From positions 1 to 53,178 of the forward strand of contig CAIUGE010000111.1 of assembly GCA_903898645.1 (NCBI GenBank): DNA of 53,178 nt. The letters run 5' to 3'. Under the pieces are notes generated by a model, which saw only the letters and a program-made list of their open reading frames with translations, had not been told where the DNA came from and did not search any database. The position numbers and the translations under genes were made by a program. This DNA comes from Oligoflexia bacterium (GTDB lineage Bacteria > Bdellovibrionota > UBA1018). Positions 47,704-53,178 of the stretch are shown in pieces (position 1 is the first letter of the stretch; each line of letters starts with the position of its first letter).

Positions 47704-48701
47704 GGCAAAACCCTTCTATGCAAAAACACCTGACCAAAAGAAAGCACAATGATACCGAAAAAAAGTGGCAAGAAAAAATGCTCCTCATACAGCACGCGTT
47801 CATGTACAGTAGCGTCATTTTTTTCAAGTGCATTAATTTCAGCAAAAACACGGCTCAACGCCTTCGCATCAGTTACTCGATAAAATTTCCCATGGCTTAT
47901 TTCAGCGATCTTTTGCAAGAGCTCAGGATTGAGTGAATTTTCTATCTCCTGATATGTCGTCACAATATTACCCAATAAACCCCTCTGACGAATTGGTATA
48001 CGAACTCTGCCTTCCTTGCCAATAGCTATGGTATAGACCCGGACACCAAGACTCTCCGCCATGGCACCCGCCGTTGCTGGGTCTATTTGACCCAAATTAT
48101 TATCTCCATCTGTCAACAAGATCACGACCTTACTCTTTGCCTGTGATTGACGTAGATGCACAAGACCAAGAGCCAACCCATCACCAATGGCTGTACCATC
48201 GGCTAAAACTCCAGTAACGGCCTGCTTCATAGCATTAAAAAGGAGAGCATAATCAAGCGTTGGAGGCGCAAGCGTCAAAGGAGCACCACTAAAGATCACA
48301 AAACCTATGCGGTCATGCTGACGCCCCAAAATAAACTGCTCCATTGTCTTTTTCGCAGTATCGAGCCGTGAAACCCCCTCGATCAGATCCTCAATATTCA
48401 TGCTTATAGAGACATCGAGCAGCATCATAATATCGATACCGCTAACTGTCCGGTTCACCTCACGGGAACCGATCTGCGGTCTTGCTAGGGCAATAAACAA
48501 TAAAGCAAGCGCACAGATTTCACAGAGCAAATTGACCACATCAGGACGAATATGTGGCATAAAAGGGATGGGAATCGGAAACTTAATCGCTACAGGTGCA
48601 CGGCGCTTAAGAAAAAAACGAAAAACTGGCGGGATCAGCAGCACTACAACAAGCACTTCAAACCAAAGCACCCATGGGTACATAAATCGAAATGCGCTCA
48701 T
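47700..48701 (-). CDS. batA: VWA domain protein BatA
   Basis: ALARPQ, MIDAS DVSISM, DRIGFVIF, GTAIGDGL, ILLTDGDNN, VYTIAIG, INALEK. Confidence 0.88.
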   Translation of the reverse strand: MSAFRFMYPWVLWFEVLVVVLLIPPVFRFFLKRRAPVAIKFPIPIPFMPHIRPDVVNLLCEICALALLFIALARPQIGSREVNRTVSGIDIMMLLDVSISMNIEDLIEGVSRLDTAKKTMEQFILGRQHDRIGFVIFSGAPLTLAPPTLDYALLFNAMKQAVTGVLADGTAIGDGLALGLVHLRQSQAKSKVVILLTDGDNNLGQIDPATAGAMAESLGVRVYTIAIGKEGRVRIPIRQRGLLGNIVTTYQEIENSLNPELLQKIAEISHGKFYRVTDAKALSRVFAEINALEKNDATVHERVLYEEHFFLPLFFGIIVLSFGQVFLHRRVLP

Positions 48702-49528
48702 TCTTCAACGCCCTTCCCGATTGCCTTCACAAGACTTTCAAGAGTAAAGCATGCAGCGCTCATCTCCTTTTCTTGATCAAATTTGGTAAATTTCACAATA
48801 TCAAGTTCAGCACAAAATTTCTCAATGAGTGGCTCATGTAAAGGCGCACAGCTATGCACTAGTTTAACAAATTCTCGCGTCGTTGCCTGCGAAGCATCAC
48901 ATTCAAACCTTTTCCCAAAAAACTCACGGAGTGCCTCAGAGAGCTCAAAAGCTTTGAGCTTACTGCTCAGAGACGCCATCTTGATACGCTCAATTTCAGC
49001 CAAAGCATAATCGTAAAAATGCATCTTACGCTGAGCACGCTTCCATCGCCATTCTCTCCATGCCTTAAAACATGCAATGCCCACGAAAAAAAGAGCCGCC
49101 GCAAGTAGTATACCAATCAGGCCTTTCATCAATCTTTGAAACCAAAGAGGATACTGCATCGCAACAGGTGGCGCCATCTGCTCCGGCTCTTTAGGATGAG
49201 GATCCTTCGCATCGATAGCCGAAACAACATCAAACGCTAAAGGCTTTGACTGATGGTACTCCTTACCCACAGCCTTTGCTGTTACACCTTCCAATAAAAT
49301 ATGCCCGGGCTGCAAGGGCCAAACAGTTATCAAGTCACCCGCTCTAAGCTTATCAAGCTTCACAATATCTTGACGCTTAGGATCTGCAAAAAACTCGCAA
49401 TCTGCAGGTGCATTCTCCCAAACAAGATGCAGCTCCACGGGATCTCCAACCCGAAGCGGCTGAGGCGCGTGGTGTATCTCAAATTCAAAAGCCCAGATGC
49501 ATGGTATGAAAAAAAACCAACTAAGCAC
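48698..49528 (-). CDS. Bat operon membrane protein (DUF4381-like)
   Basis: Signal peptide, VGDPVEL, TM helix, LREFFGKRF....QATTRE, DIVKFTK. Confidence 0.65.
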   Translation of the reverse strand: MLSWFFFIPCIWAFEFEIHHAPQPLRVGDPVELHLVWENAPADCEFFADPKRQDIVKLDKLRAGDLITVWPLQPGHILLEGVTAKAVGKEYHQSKPLAFDVVSAIDAKDPHPKEPEQMAPPVAMQYPLWFQRLMKGLIGILLAAALFFVGIACFKAWREWRWKRAQRKMHFYDYALAEIERIKMASLSSKLKAFELSEALREFFGKRFECDASQATTREFVKLVHSCAPLHEPLIEKFCAELDIVKFTKFDQEKEMSAACFTLESLVKAIGKGVEE

Positions 49529-50402
49529 GAGTATATACCTTTTTCTGGAGGAATTTTATAAATGCCTTTACAGGGTCACTCCCAATATCAATGTCAACAG
49601 TACGGGCCTTCTGCCCCAGCTTGAGAAAATCCTTATCCCAATCTGTGATAAATTTTGTATGCCACTTCTGGAATGCAGAACTCCCTGTATCCACCCACGA
49701 TAGCACTCCCGTTTCAGGATCTACAAATCGCATCCAGCCCAATGGTGGCACATTTCTCATCCGAGGATCCATCAGCCGCACCAGCATACAATCATGAGCA
49801 CGAGAAAGTCGCCCAAGTGGCTTTTGTAGCGCCTGTGTATCCAAAAAATCACTCAGTACGCACACAATGCCTCTCTGCCCACGCATAACACGCTCAAGAG
49901 ATGCCAATTTCTGTCCAGTATCTCCAACACTCTGCTCAGCACTTAAAAGTGCGCAAATAATCTGATGCACCGCCTTTTGTCCCTTCGTAGGCATGATGAT
50001 CTTATTGCCCCCAGGCACCATAACAAGCCCAATCTTGTCTCCGGAATGGACTGCTGCATAAGCAAGAAGCGCTGCAAGCTGGATGATCACATCCAGAATA
50101 GTGGAGTTTCGTGTACCAAAAAGAGTTGATTTTGAAATATCTAGGACAAGAAAGATCGTCAACTCTCTCTCCTCCTCGAACTGTTTCACCATAGGATCAC
50201 GCGTACGCGCACTCAATGTCCAATTGATATGCCGAACATCATCCCCATGCACATACTGCCGGTGCTCTGAAAATTGCACACCTTGGCCGCGGAAACGGCT
50301 TCTATACCTCCCACCAACCATCATGTCCTGGACAAGCTTCAGTGCCTGAAACTCAATTGCGCGCGCCTGACGCCGCAATTCTGGCGAAAGCGTCCTTCCC
50401 AT
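49521..50402 (-). CDS. DUF58 domain protein
   Basis: FRGQGVQFSEHRQYVHGDDVRHINW, VKQFEEERE, VLSDFL. Confidence 0.9.
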   Translation of the reverse strand: MGRTLSPELRRQARAIEFQALKLVQDMMVGGRYRSRFRGQGVQFSEHRQYVHGDDVRHINWTLSARTRDPMVKQFEEERELTIFLVLDISKSTLFGTRNSTILDVIIQLAALLAYAAVHSGDKIGLVMVPGGNKIIMPTKGQKAVHQIICALLSAEQSVGDTGQKLASLERVMRGQRGIVCVLSDFLDTQALQKPLGRLSRAHDCMLVRLMDPRMRNVPPLGWMRFVDPETGVLSWVDTGSSAFQKWHTKFITDWDKDFLKLGQKARTVDIDIGSDPVKAFIKFLQKKVYTRA

Positions 50403-50414
50403 GTTGTCTACCCC

Positions 50415-51395
50415 TTATGGAACCACGATATGACGAAGCATCTCATCAATCACACGAGACGCTGTCATGCCCTCTGCCTCACCATCAAATGAAATACAAA
50501 TACGATGCCGCAGGACATCATACGCAACAGCCTTCACATCTTCTGGCGTGACATACCCTCGATGCTGCAAAAACGCATGCGCCCGAGAAGCTTTTGCAAG
50601 TGCAAGCGTCGCTCGAGGTGATGCGCCATACGCAATATACGCATTTTTCAATCCATACTGTTCAGGAAATCTTGACGCGAAAACCAGTGACAGAATATAA
50701 TCCTTTACCTTGTCATCCATATAAAGCGATGCACAAAGGCCCCTCGCCTCACGAATCTCTTCGGCCGAACAAACCTTCTTTGCAACAGGCGTCTGCACTG
50801 CCGTCATGCGGTCTAGAATTGCTTTTTCTTCATGGATAGATGGGTACGTTACATCGAGCTGAAATAAAAATCGGTCGAGCTGCGCTTCCGGAAGCCTATA
50901 GGTTCCTTCCTGCTCAATGGGATTCTGTGTCGCAAGCACAATAAACGGATCCGCCATCTTATACGTCGCATCCCCAATGGTGACCTGGTGCTCACCCATT
51001 GCCTCCAGCAAGGCACTCTGAACCTTTGCTGGCGCACGATTAATCTCATCTGCAATAACAATATTAGTAAAAACAGGACCTTTTTTCGGTATAAGCTCAC
51101 CCGTTTTTTGATTATAAATCATGGTACCGACCAAATCAGCAGGCATGAGATCCGGCGTGAATTGGATGCGCTGACAGTCGACATCAATCACATGAGCGAG
51201 TGTCTTAATCGTTAATGTCTTAGCCAATCCGGGCAATCCTTCAAGAAGCACATGCCCGTCACAAAGAAGCGCCATCACCAAACGCTCCAGGAGCGTCCTC
51301 TGCCCCACAATGACTTCCCCTGCTTCTCGCAAGATGCGATCTACAAATAGGCTTTTTGTTCGTATCTGTTCACTTATTTGTTGTATATCCGCCAT
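50415..51395 (-). CDS. moxR: MoxR family AAA+ ATPase
   Basis: LEGLPGLAKT, RIQFTPDLMPAD, DEINRAPAKVQSALLEAM, ATQNPIEQEGTY.LPEAQLDRF, GASPRA. Confidence 0.95.
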   Translation of the reverse strand: MADIQQISEQIRTKSLFVDRILREAGEVIVGQRTLLERLVMALLCDGHVLLEGLPGLAKTLTIKTLAHVIDVDCQRIQFTPDLMPADLVGTMIYNQKTGELIPKKGPVFTNIVIADEINRAPAKVQSALLEAMGEHQVTIGDATYKMADPFIVLATQNPIEQEGTYRLPEAQLDRFLFQLDVTYPSIHEEKAILDRMTAVQTPVAKKVCSAEEIREARGLCASLYMDDKVKDYILSLVFASRFPEQYGLKNAYIAYGASPRATLALAKASRAHAFLQHRGYVTPEDVKAVAYDVLRHRICISFDGEAEGMTASRVIDEMLRHIVVP

Positions 51396-51444
51396 AGCTG
51401 CCTCTATATACCAAAAAAAATCTCTTGTCGACTTTTTTATTTTT

Positions 51445-51714
51445 TTATTCCATACCGCAGTTAGGCATCTCAAAAAATAGGCTCAATGCGTCATTAGAAC
51501 AACGAGTCATGCTCGAGCTTTCCGGATTCGGCGCTACAACAGCACAGAAGGCATCTTGAATCAAAGAGACAACGCCAACATTACCCGTCTTGACGACCTT
51601 AGTCGAAAAAACAGAACCGGCCTCACGCGACTTTGAATTGCAACCAACAATAGCTAGCCCAAAGGAACAACTGATCCAAATACTATTGGCCAACAAACAC
51701 ACAGCGCTCCTCAT
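51445..51714 (-). CDS. Small putative lipoprotein
   Basis: GAGGG RBS; hydrophobic N-terminus ending LAIVGC; fills the intergenic gap co-directionally. Confidence 0.4.
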   Translation of the reverse strand: MRSAVCLLANSIWISCSFGLAIVGCNSKSREAGSVFSTKVVKTGNVGVVSLIQDAFCAVVAPNPESSSMTRCSNDALSLFFEMPNCGME

Positions 51715-51764
51715 CGACCCTCAAGGAGCTTTTATATTCTGATACTTTTACCAGGATAATCACC

Positions 51765-53178
51765 TTACTCTATACTTCGATCGAGCATTGCAAAAAATCC
51801 TGCAAGAGGACCGCCACCATCGCCATAGGCATCGAGCAGTGTCCTTAAGAATGCATCAAACGCCTCAGGTTTTTCAGCAATATGTTGCACAAGAGCAGGT
51901 ATCTCTGGATGCCGAAGAGCTGCAGCAATGACCTGCCTCACCTTCTGTGATACTGGCGATTGCACAAAATACTCCCCTAGCAATTGTACCGGTTCCATAT
52001 GGTACTTTGGCGACTGCAAGATCTTCAGTATCTCAAGCAGCTGAGGCACCTCGCTAGGTTCTAGTACTGCTCGTAAAAGTTTAGCACCATGCACGAGAGG
52101 CTTTTGTTCACCTACCGATTCAGCTAAAATGCTCCCTATTACCAGGCGATCCTGAGATTCTCCGTGCTGGATAGCACCGAGAATACGCATGAGCAGAGGC
52201 TTTCCAGTTTCAAAGACTGCCCCCATGTGAGGCAAATAGCCAAGCAGATCACCAAGTGAGCCGGAAAATGCCGCAATTAACTCACTGAGCAGCTTCTTCC
52301 GCTCGGCCCAGGGCATGACAAGCTCTGTCACCTGGAGAATTTTTCCAAACACCAGAGAACCTTCATGATCTGCTACAATAAACGCTTGCTTCACAAACTC
52401 AGGAAATATATCAGGCGCCAACAGTTGCTTTGCAAGCTCCGCCAAAGGCTTTGCCTGCAGTCCATGCAGAAGTGCTGCACAGATCTGTTCTGCACTCGCG
52501 GAATCTTGAAACGTCCGTCCCAGCATCCGAAAAGACCCTAGCCGAGCAAGTTTTATAATAAAGGAAAGCTTATTGCTCTTACCTGCCTTAGCATGCCGAT
52601 CTTCAGATAGCGTAGCCTGATAAAATTGAGAAAAAAGGCTCCGAAGCACTTCAAGGCCTTCATGGTAATTTGTAGGCGATTCAGGAAGCATATTGCCTGG
52701 CGCATTCGCCATAAGCGTTGGACTGACCTGCTTGAGATTATAGAGCTTACGTTTCAACTCATGCACAGCTGGGTCAAGCAACGCACCAACCAAATGCGGA
52801 ACAAGCGGAATATTAAGCAGCAATCTCCCTATCTGCAAATCTTCTAAAGGTCGATGCTTCCGGTGCAAGATACGATCCACAGCCTGGACAAGAGGAATGC
52901 GTTGAGCACACCCTTCACCCTGCGGCCTCAGCTCCAAACACGACTCATCTTCCCAAGCAAGAGCAAGCTCCTCCAAGAAAGTCAGCGCCATATTTTCACC
53001 CTTTTTATAACCCGCCATCTCCTTACCCATCGTATGGTCAACATTGACCAAAATAAGCTCTAAAAGATCAAGAGTATTAACAACCTTCACCCTAGGCTTG
53101 CTCTCACCAGGATAAAAATACGTTATCACTTGGTAATCCTGTGATCGTTTTTTTACCCAATTGAAAAAATAATTCCCA
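51765..53178 (-). CDS. Large alpha-helical hypothetical protein, 5' end outside the window
   Basis: Frame is open from the window edge (GNYFFNWVKKRSQDYQVITYF...) to the stop at 51765; no recognisable motif. Confidence 0.7.
   Translation of the reverse strand, partial: GNYFFNWVKKRSQDYQVITYFYPGESKPRVKVVNTLDLLELILVNVDHTMGKEMAGYKKGENMALTFLEELALAWEDESCLELRPQGEGCAQRIPLVQAVDRILHRKHRPLEDLQIGRLLLNIPLVPHLVGALLDPAVHELKRKLYNLKQVSPTLMANAPGNMLPESPTNYHEGLEVLRSLFSQFYQATLSEDRHAKAGKSNKLSFIIKLARLGSFRMLGRTFQDSASAEQICAALLHGLQAKPLAELAKQLLAPDIFPEFVKQAFIVADHEGSLVFGKILQVTELVMPWAERKKLLSELIAAFSGSLGDLLGYLPHMGAVFETGKPLLMRILGAIQHGESQDRLVIGSILAESVGEQKPLVHGAKLLRAVLEPSEVPQLLEILKILQSPKYHMEPVQLLGEYFVQSPVSQKVRQVIAAALRHPEIPALVQHIAEKPEAFDAFLRTLLDAYGDGGGPLAGFFAMLDRSIE

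Noticed and set aside
10654-52847. Numerous 60-220 aa + strand ORFs opposite conserved genes (e.g. 15780-16436, 18352-18840, 27176-27661, 44608-45171)
   Set aside because: Antisense shadows of well-supported - strand genes, with no motifs or RBS support.

Overview
Gene-dense chromosomal window, almost entirely on the - strand, from a deltaproteobacteria-like organism. Gene order and protein families suggest Bdellovibrionota/Oligoflexia; this is inference. Most of it is core genome: asd, pssA, truA, the rpsB-tsf-frr-uppS-cdsA-rseP-tsaB block (pyrH and dxr absent), rplM-rpsI, TamB plus Omp85, efp-accB-accC, a complete type IVa pilus cluster (ribF-pilBTC-pilHI-pilD-pilMNOPQ, with pilA/pilG displaced and no pilSR), an orphan parA, and a MoxR/Bat (VWA) operon. 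The most unusual part is the first 4.35 kb. Three divergent, minimised trigger-factor paralogues are interleaved with two secreted fibre/C1q-type adhesin genes. The adhesin genes are transcribed divergently from near-identical promoters, and the second has a single in-frame TGA in its C1q head. Other points of note are an unannotated 51-aa ParA-partner ORF, a lipoprotein gene split by an in-frame TAA, a perfect 45-bp duplication in pilQ, a possible miniature SgmX-like TPR protein, and very short signal peptides mostly lacking a basic n-region. No CRISPR array, rRNA, tRNA, transposase or integrase was seen. All family assignments come from motif recognition by eye; no database searches were run.
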